A DNA stretch of 64,000 nucleotides, taken from the NCBI GenBank assembly GCA_051362555.1, contig CM120640.1:45610788-45674787 (forward strand), in the 5' to 3' direction. Of the stretch, positions 37,833-50,009 are shown one piece after another (position 1 is the stretch's first letter; every line of letters begins with the position of its first letter). Under the pieces are notes generated by a model. The model had not been told where the DNA came from and made no database searches. It saw only the letters and a program-made list of their open reading frames with translations. Made by a program: the position numbers and the translations under genes. This DNA comes from Lingula anatina. Taxonomy: Eukaryota; Animalia; Brachiopoda.

Positions 37833-38257
37833 TCATTCCCTCTGAAACTATTGGTCTACGTAGATCGATCCAGCTCCGCGTGGACTCTCGCTGAATGAAA
37901 TCAAATAAAGAAATTAAGGCCCCATTCAGAATAGGGGACTAACTAGTCCGAGGGCCAAAAATGGCCGACCCACTTGATTACTTCCCCACGGAATATCTAT
38001 TTGGTGTCTATTAGTGGATTAGACGGCAAGCTTTGTAGTGGCTCGCCATATTTGACCCTCGGACTAGTTAGTCCCCTATTCTGAATGGGGCCTTAAGACG
38101 CCTTCTGGTGTTGAGTAAAATAGAGAAAACCTGGTGATTGTATGAGTACGTTGGGAACAAGAGAGGGTGTGTTAATCTTTTAATCTGATTGCATTCAGCG
38201 AGAGTTCCCGTGGAGTTGGATCGATCTACGTAGACCGATACTTTCATTGGGAATGAG
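37833..38257. mobile_element. Older imperfect palindromic element (~100-bp arms), interrupted by a younger MITE
   Basis: TCATTCCCTCTGAAACTATTGGTCTACGTAGATCGATCCAGCTCCGCGTGGACTCTCGCTGAATG pairs with CATTCAGCGAGAGTTCCCGTGGAGTTGGATCGATCTACGTAGACCGATACTTTCATTGGGAATGA. Confidence 0.7.
37918..38092. mobile_element. 175-bp TTAA-flanked MITE (Kolobok-like GG...CC termini)
   Basis: TTAA|GGCCCCATTCAGAATAGGGGACTAACTAGTCCGAGGG...CCCTCGGACTAGTTAGTCCCCTATTCTGAATGGGGCC|TTAA: a perfect 37-bp TIR that continues imperfectly inward. Confidence 0.9.
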
Positions 38258-40476
38258 AGCATAGATATTGTTTCAGGCGTTTTATCCGCTGAGAAGGCCG
38301 TGAAACTAAAAGAGGACATGGCCTCTTCTAATCCAAATGATAAACTAATCGTTCTTATAAAGTGCTCGTGATTGACACCAGTTCAAATATCAGAGAAGAT
38401 TGTTTAATGCTGTTGATTAACCCATATGTAGTATACGATCATTCAACAAACTAGTGATCGACATCATTGAGAGTTAGCCCAATATACTGGGCCCTGCATG
38501 AGAATGAAGCGCCATTAGGCTTTTCAATGCACAGTTATGACTTATTAAGCGTAAATATAACCAGAAGAGCACTGTGCTTGTAAATGGTAATAGGAGGATA
38601 AGAACGGAATTTTTTTAAAGCTTTATAATGCACGACTTTCTTTGCTTTAAAACCCAGATAAACATACAATTAGGCAAAGGTTAGATTAATTTGTTGGAAT
38701 TAATTTTAAAAAAATAATCAAAAAGCACAATGAAGTTATCATGAATTTTCTGTGCAGATATAGATTGAAAAGTGTGGCGTGTATACATAGAGGGCAACGC
38801 ATATCGGGATATCATTATACCTAGTGAAATCCCTTGGTTAAAAAGGAGACTCTCCACACCCACCCACCCACCCACCCTCTCTCCCTCCCACCATCTCCCT
38901 CCCTCTCCTTGTAACCCTCTCTCTTTCTCTTTCTCTCACTCAACCACTCTATTCTTGTGAAGAGTTACAATCCCCTTTTATGCCTAATATTGTGATTGCA
39001 GTAGTGAAATAGTCAGTATAGTGCACGCAGGTATGTCTGTATCTACTCCCCCTTTAAACTTGTTTAAACATTTGACTTGCGCCCGACAGAAACACACACA
39101 GGAAACAAAAAGCCACGTGGTCTCACTTTTAGGAAATTGACACACCGGGTGATATTTATTCTACAATAATGCGTCTGACATCAAGAAACATTCAAACCGT
39201 AATTAACCTTGCATTTAAAGGTTGGACTGAAATTAGCCTTCCTTGTTTTTTATCTTCCGCACGAGCGACTTCATTCCTTGCCAATTGTGTTTTCAGTTAA
39301 AACGCAATGAATCGATTTTGATACAGCAAAGTCCCTGTAAAACAGTGATATGTCACGGATCAAGAATTTCACTAATTATTCTAACTAATTGTTTGAAACA
39401 AATGATGAAATGATGACGTACTTCTTATTGTCAGCGTGCACGGAATGAGCAGACAGTTTTTCCTTTTAGTAGATGCCCGATCTAAAATAACACATATCCA
39501 AGAGATGTTTCCAAAAATGGTGTAACTTACTCAAAAAAATAAAGCATCTAAACTGATTCGAAATCAAACAATTCGACCGTATTTTTGAAATATTGACACT
39601 AATAGCAAACAATAACAATAATAACAAATATACGAATTTTATTGTTACCAACAGCATTGTTTTTCAAAGAGGCAAAGCCAGCCATCCGAAAAACAATGCT
39701 TTGGGTTAAAAGTCGTATTTGCATATGAATCTTGATTCGTTTTAAAGTAGTTTTAACGGTTTATCAGCCAGTTAGTAATAGCAACTAATTAAGAGCTAAT
39801 ATATTTTCTATTTTCTGTATCAGCTCCATTGAGACCCTCTCTGTTTCTCTCGGCATCCATTTTATAAAATCTACTGGCTTCCACCGAGAACAATGGTTGT
39901 CCCGCTTTCGCTTATTTTGAGTACTATTGCAAATGTCGAAGAAGAGATCGGATTGAAAAGAATGACGATTAGAAATGACGACAGCAAGGAAAAAATAAAG
40001 CGAATACCAAATCAAGTAAACGAAATGAAGTGACTTCCGAAAAAAATAGCATTGTCCTTCACTTAATCAAACTCTGAATTAATTAAACTGCTAGGTAGTC
40101 GGAAGTATCAGAGATCAAATCTCAAGTCGGTAATTGTTCTTGTTCGTTTTGCCCCGCCTTCACACTGACCAATCAAAAACGTGTTTGGCCCGAGGCATGT
40201 TTTGACTAGGTTGGCTGAACATAAGGCGAGTAAAAATGGTGACGCTTTATGTCAAATGTCACATTTGTGCTGTGAATTAACGCAGTCAACTTTGCACGCT
40301 CGGCTTGGTTAACGTATTGATACTGCAATTGATGTCAGTTGCCATCATTGCTTTTAGTTCGTCCTGCTTAGGAAGCGAAAATATTAGCATTGAAACTTAG
40401 TTCCTATGCTAGACTGAGCCCTTTCTCGTGGAGTTAGGACCGTCTGACGATCGCCCACTTTCCGCCTTAATTTTTG

Positions 40477-40508
40477 TATAAAGTGGTCGTAATTTGCAGT
40501 TTTCATTG
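40477..40508 (+). promoter_or_regulatory. Candidate core promoter (TATA box + Inr) of the neuropeptide gene
   Basis: TATAAA at 40477-40482 and Inr-like TCATTG at 40503-40508, at canonical spacing, ~100 nt before the ATG at 40603. Confidence 0.5.
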
Positions 40509-40602
40509 TCACGGTTTCAAGATAAGAAAAAAAAACGCGTCAAGGTTGTCATTCATGGAGAAAAGTGATTCAGCGCTACTAAAATAGGAAGCAATCTCGC
40601 CG

Positions 40603-43040
40603 ATGGATAGATATCCCCGTGGTTTTCACACGATGACATTACCAAGAAACCTCCAAGAAACGACACACTCAAAACAACGCGTATCTGCTGGAAACATGAA
40701 TAACTCGCATAGCTTGGTGAAATGCGGCAAAACCTGGTCTAAACTCCTGAACAGAGACCTAATACTATGGCTGCTGTCGTTGTCCTTGCTCTGTCATTTC
40801 ACTTCTGGGTGTTACGTTCGGAACTGCCCGTTAGGAGGGAAACGGAGTCAACAGTTGGTAAGTTCTTGTGCAAGTTTTGAATTCTACATTTGATTCAAAT
40901 GAATCAAAAATGTTTCTTACAACTAGGGAGGAGTTTTCAATTAGTTCAAATGATCTTTTCATATATTTTTAGGTTATTTAACGTTTTCTTTTATTCTACG
41001 AACGACCTTACGCAAGGCAGAACCGTACCAAAACATTAAAAAAAACGAGTGACAGTTGAATAAAAATAGTATTATGATATTATGCGTCTTTTTTATTCAT
41101 AATAGTGAGAAATATTACAAAAAAAAAAAAGAAAGAAAAAAAAAAAAAAACAGTTGGACGCAATTTGGCAACCAACGATTTCATCTAATGTCCTGAATCA
41201 GGCGCTAAAAGTCACTTTGTCTCCGAAATGTGTCATAACCACTACAAAGTGGTATTCTGAAGGGAAAAAATGCATAGTATCAATATATATTGGTTGGTTT
41301 GCACCCAGTTAAAGAGTTTTAAAACAATTGTAAAGTTGCTTAAAAGAGATTAGGTCTACCGATAAAGCAATGATTTCCGTAGAATTTTCTTGATTAATTT
41401 GTCCCAAAATGCAATGTTTAGATTCCTCTCTTGCCATTTATTACATCAGGTCATCAAAAACACATCCCTCTTCATTTTACAGAAACGTGAACAACAAACC
41501 TCATACGATCCGAACGGTTTAATACGGTACACAATTTCTTTTTCTTTTCGATTTCACTGTTTTCAGTGTGGCGCTTGCGGCTATCTCAGTCTAGGCAGAT
41601 GTATGGCACCCAGTACATGCTGTAGTCCGTCATTTGGCTGCATCTCCGTCGGTTCCGAGGCGGACGGTTGCTATGAATGGAACTCCCTGTTGACCAGTGG
41701 TTGTGATATTAGCGGGCCACGCTGTGTGTCCAGTCAAAGTCCTTTGGTCTTCGGAAAATGCATCGCCAAGCACATGTGCTGTTCAAAAAGTAAGTATTAT
41801 CTTAATTAGCTGTAGACGCTGAAAGAAGCAGGTTTTTTTTTTTTTTTTTTTGTAATCTATGTAACGTGCCCTCGCTTTGCTTATGCTGTATTTGCAAAAT
41901 TGCCTCTGCCAAAACAGTCTTCATTTACATGTATGAACGGTAAGATCTAACAAATGGAATATTGGGGTAAACCTACAAGTTTATTATATCCTTGAAATAA
42001 ATTATTGTTTAATGGTCACCACGCCAATATCTAGCGTTATTGCATATCCATTTACATATAGCTAGACTTATGATTGATAGCTGATATAAAAAAATCCAAT
42101 ATGGCCGCTATCTCGCCCTTAGGAACACTATCTTGTCGGCTATCAATTTCAGTAACTAGTTCTTTTTTCTGATAATGAGGCACTGTTTCCTTTCCAATGT
42201 CTATAACACGCCAGACATCGCCTCGCGGACGAGATAACAACAGATTATTTAGAAATATCGGAATATACAGTGAGCCACACGGCCAACGCAGAAATTTGAC
42301 GTGGACCGGGTTGGGAATGGGTTTTTACAAGTTAAAATGTAAAATTTGAATAAAATAGTCAGGAATCTTTTTCGCTTTTTCACTGTATGAAGAATACTCT
42401 TATTTGACAAGGTCTGTAATTCAAGACCTACCAATAGTGCTAACATTGAATTAAACGGGAAATTGCTTTAAATCCTTTTATCTTTAGAAAACCTAGGCTA
42501 AACCCACCCGACTTCCAACCCACCCTCGGACGGCGTATCAGCTGTTGTGTAATGAAATGTTTTGAAATACTGGCGTCTGCGTCAAAGTATCATCCATACC
42601 TCTAGTAATTGGTAAAATTATTTCGTGGTATATATTTCGTATATGTAATATTTTTTATTAATAATTCTTTCCGTCATTGACTAAACTTGCGAAAAGCATC
42701 TAATTCCATATACATGCCTTTTCTCACATATAGTGAACTACAATAGATCGGGTAAGATATCATTATTTCGAGTGCCCCTTGTCACACATACCATACCTCA
42801 TAATAAATAATGCATATGTACATATGCATTACTCAAATCAATTTGTTTATGGATCCTTGGTCATTCTTGGCCTAAAAGGGGAGACGACATCCGAGTGTAC
42901 GTCTAGGTCATTAATGCACGGCGACCATCTAGCCATTTCGATGCTTCTTTTCTGAGGCACTTTAAACGTTTTGGCCAGTAAAACATTTACTGAAGTACAC
43001 ATTAGCAGGATAAATAGCCAGATCGTACCTATCTTGAAAT

Positions 43041-43077
<37 letters not shown>

Positions 43078-44928
43078 GGAATTCTAACACTGACAATAAC
43101 TCAACTTGCCAGATTACGTTTAAAGGTTAGTTGAGTGAGATTTATTATCCCGAATTGTTTGTTTTAAAACAATGCAAAAGTCGTGTAAAGTAATTGACCT
43201 ATCATACCACATATAGGCCATCCGAAAAATAATAATCCTCTCAAGCAAATCTCATGTTCCACCTGCCATTTCAAAGTTTTTTCATGCCTTTTAACACATT
43301 CAGTAACGGAATAGCCCGTTGTAAAAACATATCCTTATCCCTGTGTTGACAGTTTAATACGTGGGCGCCTGCCTAGCATGACGCTCAGATGAAAACAGTT
43401 ATCGAATTACTAGAGGTTAAAAGACAAGCAGTCCCTGTCAGTAGCGTGCGTGTGTGAGACCATGTCAAGGTTTTAAACGGATTGATTCTCAGAACTCCCA
43501 AGGCGTGAGATTTACAACAAATTACAAGCCTTGTGTCGAGATATCTTTTGACACGAACATTTCGACGCCTATCTTCCAATTGCAGTCGTCGGATTTTTGA
43601 TAGATTTATGTCAAAAATGAAGTGACCTGAAATAAATGCGCATTTACATGAGAGAGATCTTTTATGGCGTTATACAAATACTAGCTGTTCGTACACGGCA
43701 CTGCCTTTGTGCAAGTAACAGATCTTCTAATGGCTAATGGAAATGGGAATTTTGGCGTCGCCATTAAAGAAAGTAAGATCTTTCTAACGTCATCGGTGAC
43801 TTCACTTGTGTGTGCACCTTTTAAGACAAACGTGGTGCTTTTTAGGGGTGGCTCACTGGGAGTAAATTTCTACATGTATTTCCCGCACATCTATTAACAT
43901 TAAGCACACAGTAAGGCTAAATTGAAGAACATTCTCCTATTTTTCTATCAAATATATCATACAAAACTCACAACAGGATGACAGTTGCCCCAGAATGTGA
44001 ACACCCGCTAGTGATATACACTTTGATGGTTGAACATATGTACCGGTAACATAAAGTTCAGATTATGAACGATTAAAATTTTAATATTTCTGTAATTTTG
44101 ATTATGGTGTGGTCAGAATTGAGTAAGATTTTCATGCGAGTTGTAGTACCCCAAAACTAATGTCACTTCAGTTTAAAAGCTTTGGAAAAATATGTCCATC
44201 ACAAGATTATTTAATAATTCTGAAAGTTTGAAATGCTTCTATGGTATAAATGGTACCTGCACCTGGCTACATGTATATCTCTGTCTCTTCGCCTGTTAAG
44301 GTTGAGCATCGATTATAGACCGTTTTGTGATTCACTGTCTTGAAACATAGTCCATTCACTGTGTTCATCTGTGGTTAAAGATGTTTTAGGGTTCATCTGT
44401 GTTTAATCAACCGTATATAACAGTGTTTACTACATGTTGGAGCAAGGGGATTATGTGTTGATATAACAATGCATCAGTCTTACTAAGGCTTCGTTCACAT
44501 GCAATGTCTATTTTCTATTTTCTATTTTCTATTTTCGGTATGTCTTATGATCACGGTCTGTGCACTGAATATCCCGCGGCGTAATTACTGGCAGCGCGAG
44601 CCAGTTACTTATAGTAACTTATAGTAACTGGCTCGCGCTGCCAGTAACAATGTGCTTTTCAAATCGGCTTTTTTCATCTGTTACAGACGGTTGTGTCCGA
44701 AGCCGCAGCTGTGCAAGACTGAGGGATTCCTCGAAACCTGACGAACTTTCAACTGAAAGAGGAAATGATCATCCGAAAATATTGACAAATTCTAATAACG
44801 CACGCCATATTAGTTATGGGACCGCAGAAGCAATTATAGATTCCCTGCTATGGCGTTCTAGAGCAAATGGCATGAACAAGGAAAATGAAGAAGACGACTC
44901 AAACCCAGCCTACGAATTTGGATTGTAA
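40603..44928 (+). CDS. Oxytocin/vasopressin-family (conopressin/annetocin/vasotocin-like) neurophysin precursor
   Basis: Exons 40603-40857, 41567-41789, 44687-44928, with intron phases 0 and 1 as in the canonical three-exon OT/VP gene. Hydrophobic signal LILWLLSLSLLCHFTSG, nonapeptide CYVRNCPLG (40810-40836) plus GKR, a neurophysin with all 14 Cys, and a 71-aa C-terminal tail. Start codon uncertain (40603, 40633 or 40696). AATAAA at 45221. Confidence 0.95.
43045..43072. repeat. (GA)n microsatellite
   Basis: Read directly. Confidence 0.9.
44585..44647. repeat. Perfect 25-bp inverted repeat with 13-nt loop
   Basis: TTACTGGCAGCGCGAGCCAGTTACT (44585-44609) and AGTAACTGGCTCGCGCTGCCAGTAA (44623-44647). 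Confidence 0.92.
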
Positions 44929-47900
44929 CTTACTAAAATAGATACCATGATCCTGTCACAGAAAGCACTCAAGAAATGTTCGTAATTAGAATTTGATCGA
45001 CATGTTGCGTGATTTTTACTGTTCGGACTGCATTAATCTGCCTTGCGTGAAGACACCATTATCAGTATCTAAAACAGTGCGCGAGTTTCCAATGCAAAAT
45101 TAATTTGTAAGAAATGACAACAGTATTTTTTAAGACAACCGGTCCATTGTTTCAAGATTAATTTCATTGCGAAATATCTGATTTAAAATGAAACGTGTTG
45201 ATTTAATGAAAGAGAGGCATAATAAAATGGCGTGCTTCTGGAGAACATCTATTTCATTTACCATACAGGTCGAGCCGGTGCAAAACAATCTTCAAACGCA
45301 AATATTCATGTTTTGCGCCCTCCATGGCATAGTTTCAAGCTAAATTGCACAAATTCCATGGCATATTCGTCACACCGTTCGCCTTTTTTGTTGTTGAAAG
45401 GAAACCCTTCCTATAATTAACATAATGATCGCATTTTTAAAACTATATTCCCTTGTGGGATACATGTACCTGTCGAATCATTGACTCTCCATACTGTGTC
45501 GCTATTGGGTTTGCACATTTTGCTACATAACTGATTTCAACATATTTCCTCCAAACGCATTTTTCCAAGCGGACAATTGCCGATCACTAAATCTGCTGTA
45601 TCATTGTATAATAATTCATTTTGCTTTACTCTATTTTAATTTCTTAAGTATATTACGATTCTGAACCATCTTCTGCATTATAGCTAGGCAAGAGAAAAAA
45701 TTTGATGGTAATATAGATGCGATCTTAAGCACCTAATTCCTAATACGTGTGTCTACAGAATAATAGGCTTAATCATCCCATGATCCGGGTTGGATACGAT
45801 GGGGGCAAACCACAGGTGTGGGGTGATACTCATGACCGCGGTGAGTTACGCTGTGAGTTACTTCGTTACCATAGTGCTAAGATCTAATTAACCGTTTATT
45901 AGATCTTAGCATAGTGTTAACCCAGCGGGATAAATAGTTGTACAATTACGACTGGGCCATACGGTACCATGAACCTGCTGATGGAATCATAGATTTTCCT
46001 AGTGGCGGAACGTACATTTACCATTTACAATAGGGTAACACCATGTCACTAGTGGGTTTGGATGGAGTCTTTTGGGATATAACCACATCCAACTGCCTCT
46101 AAATTGGTTCAACCTCGATGTAAACCTTTTAACATGACCGTTTATGACGTCTTCGACCAAAGCGATTCATTTATATGCCATTACCAGAAGCTGTAAAAGA
46201 CTTCCCCAATGATCATTAAAGAAGAGGCGGGTAAAACAATACTCATTTGTATCATTTATTTCATTTGTTGAAATATACATGAAGAATTATAGTGAATAGC
46301 AGAATGTTACACCTTCACATTTCTGAGAATCTGAACAGAGTAAAGCAACGTAGGCCCTATGCCTGTTGTTATATACCTAGCTATCCAGCACAATGTATTC
46401 TAAGTTCACACTTTGCTGCATTGCCTGTTAATACATCGAATCGACCTTGATTTGGTTTAAAGCACCGCATTTAAAACTTGTACCACCGTCCTCGTATTCT
46501 GAATATAAATCAAACTGGACTGAGAAATCATCCCGACTACTGCATGAAGATTGCTTATTCTAAAAGAAAAGATACCATACACACCGCTTAATTCTTGTAT
46601 AGCTTTTTTTTGCCTATATTTTTTTCATTCAACTGACATTTCTAAATCTCTATGAGAACAATATCAAGTATTTCCTGAATTTTTTTCTGTGATTGTGAGT
46701 ACTTTCTCCCCCATTTGCTCAAAATATTAGACACTGCTCATTACAGCATGTCATAATGGAACTCACTGAAAACCATCTCGTTGGGAGTGTCACTTACTGA
46801 CCTGCCATTTAACAAAAGTAGGCGTGGCCTCGGTAAGAGACAAATGAAAAAAGTTATCTGACAATCTTCTATGCGGATATGTATCAATTTCCGCCAAACT
46901 AAACACTAATATTCTCCAGTAAACATACATAATCATACCCATTTTGACCACTTTCTAATACATGGTTACTAATAAACAGTTCAATCCATGCCTTGTATTT
47001 GATTACAGTGAATAATAAACTTGATCAGATTTAACCAAAACGATTTTCAATATCTTTTCATTTTCCTGTTAATCTCTCATGTAATGATCCAACTGAACTT
47101 TTTTGATTTCATGCAATTAACATAACTGAGGTTTTATGAATTGCCACAATATATTCATCCTCAGGTGCAGGGTTTATGTAAAGTGTTCTTTAGACAACCT
47201 ACAACTAAGGTCCTGTACAACAATATATGATCAAACAATTAAAAGCATATAAAGGTACACAGGAAAAACAACAAAAAAAGTTTTACATCATAATATTTCT
47301 TCAAGATATTGACATATGATATCTGCACAACCAATACTGAAAGCACTCATCAGGACTGTCAACATCTTGTTCAAATTCAAATATTATAACAGACTATCTT
47401 TTAGAACTCGAACCCACATTTTATTTCTGTGTACATGTTTATCTATATCTTCATATCTACATGCCACATAAACATAGCTAATGAAGTCCCCTTTCCTGCA
47501 AATGTAAGTAAACCTATGGTTACTTATGACAATATTATATCAGTGGTTATTATTCAGGGTCCAACTCATTGCAAACCCTGTCATTCAAGGAACAGCAATA
47601 CATAAACTTAATATTGAATCACGTTTTGCCTGCCATGACATATTATCACAATATCTATACTTATCTTTACAAGTCAAGAGACATACTATTTACAAAATCT
47701 TGAAAAAAAAACACTTTAAATTTACAATGGCAAAATAAATACTAAAACTCTTATTAATAGGTTGTTTGTGTCTTTTCAAATACCATCCCTCCTGTATATC
47801 TATCATCCTTAAAATTGAAACCTAAATTACACCCTTTCCTAATATATGCCATAATATTCTCATTCCCTTTAAATAATATAATTACAACTCCATATGAGGA

Positions 47901-49303
47901 ATTGCACTGACACTTCCAGTCTTCTACTATACATATATCCATCAGACAAGTGAGCTTATTTCAGTCAATTAACTTAATCATTCATTTCTGAATAATCAGT
48001 ATACTGATTACCACTGATGTTTTACATGGTTACAACAGATTCTATCACCATAATATGTCTATGTTCATCCTTCATGTTGCCACAAATATATCATTTAAAT
48101 GTCAACATTTTTTTCATACTTCTTTGTGTGCTAACATTTAGGCACCCAATAATTTGCTACATCAATTGTTCATTGTACATTTAATACAGACTTCAAGTCA
48201 AGTACAACAGATAGTGGCATGCATCATGTCAAGAAAATTTCAGAGTGAATCATTACCCCTCAGTAGAATACTACTGCTGCTTCACAGTCTATGCACTATT
48301 TGGATATATGTGAATACACATTACAGATTTTATAATACAGATGCTGTAACATTAAAGTTGTCTCTCATCTACAATGACAACTTTTTTCTTCAAACCTTAT
48401 TTAGAAAGACCACATAAATGTACATATCAACATGTCAAATTTCTTAATAAAATAGCTTTGAATCTTTTTTACTACCCAAGAATATCAAATATATTCTTTA
48501 AAATGGTTTCATTCCAATATAGAGGAGTAGTGTGATTTTATGAGTTTTCGCCTAGATCTTCCTACGCCATCTGATTAATTAGTACCCACCATCATTATAA
48601 CTGACATTTCATCACTGCAGAACAATACAGCAAAACATCAAGCCACACTGCACAAGGAAATAATGATAATAATAACAACTATGTTTTATTCAAGTTCAAA
48701 CTCTCTGTTATCACTTCTCTCTTATTTGGGCATCTAATTTAATGAGTGACCAGCGCTGGTATAAGAGGGAAATCAGAGACCAGCATCTTTCGCTCTCAGC
48801 TCTTGATATCCAGATGCAACTTTTTCATGACCGTAACATTGGCAGTTACCTCCTATTACATCTATATTTGTGATTTCCATTTTAAAGTTATAATTACGTG
48901 ACAGGTTCAGGGAATCCCTACATTCATTGGGGCTTTTCCAGTTATGTGCTTATTACAGCAGTACCAGAAATTTGGGAATTTCCCCATTATAAATTAGTAA
49001 CAGCACTTTTGGACAGTTGCCTTTGAACATCTGCACACATATAACCCCACTGTCCTGCACATACCATCAGCCATGTGGTAGATTTACCTGCTCTCACAGT
49101 TTCAGTATCTTCCTGCACACAGTTGCAGGCTTTTCAAGCATGATTTGTCTACATTTAGTAGTTTCAGTCTTTTCAAGACAGACATGTCTGCACTTGCAGT
49201 TTCAATTTGTGTGGTCATTCAGACAATTTAAGCCTGCTGAAATCAGTGTAAGCTTGTATTTCACCCCTAGGCAACAATGTCTGTACAAGCAGTTTCAGAC
49301 TGC

Positions 49304-49972
49304 TCAAGCTGGATACGTCTGTACAATCAGTTCTTTCTCAGGTAACTGCCTCACTTTCATGGAGCCATCAGCACCACAGGAATACAGGTACTTGTTGTGA
49401 CTGACTGCCACCTGAAGGACCCCTGATATATTGGACCTAAACAGGCCTTCTTTTCTGTGCTCTCCTAAGAAGGCATACATGAGGTTGTGAATGCCAAGGC
49501 CCCACACCTACAAAACATGGAAATGCTTAAGAAGTTAAAAAAAAAAATCATTTTTATTTCAAAATTGCTACACCAGTTTGATCATAGAAATGGATAAATT
49601 GTCAGTACACCTTATTGACCTTGATTGCTTTTACTGGGAGTTTTAGTCCTAGTTATTGGTCAGTGAGAATTGGTACTAGTTCTAAGCAAATTATACATGA
49701 CATATTAAGTCTGGCACTAATTAACATTTAACAGTTTTTTCTCACAACAACATGGCATTATTATATGTAATTGGCCAAGGACAACAATTATCCTTTTCCG
49801 GTTCATGCAGCTTATGTCTTTTTTTGGACAGAAATTAAAAAATTGAATTAATCTTTACACAATTTGTCATGATATTTTCTCAAACAAGTTTAGAATAGTA
49901 GTAGGGAGCCGTATAGGTAAATTGTCAGTGTGCTCAATATATTCATGTACCAAATAACGTTCAGCTTTCTTG

Positions 49973-50009
<37 letters not shown>

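Noticed and set aside
41483-41526. A separate micro-exon (KREQQTSYDPNGLIR) in the neuropeptide gene
   Set aside because: The donor CG|GTACAC is phase 2 against a phase 0 acceptor, and the resulting intron would be only ~40 nt. Kept only as an alternative-acceptor hypothesis.
45759-46196. Possible C-type-lectin-like or other gene remnant (fragments YDWAIRYHEP, SFICHYQKL)
   Set aside because: The fragments are interrupted by stops, splice phases do not join, and the similarity is too weak to call without a search.
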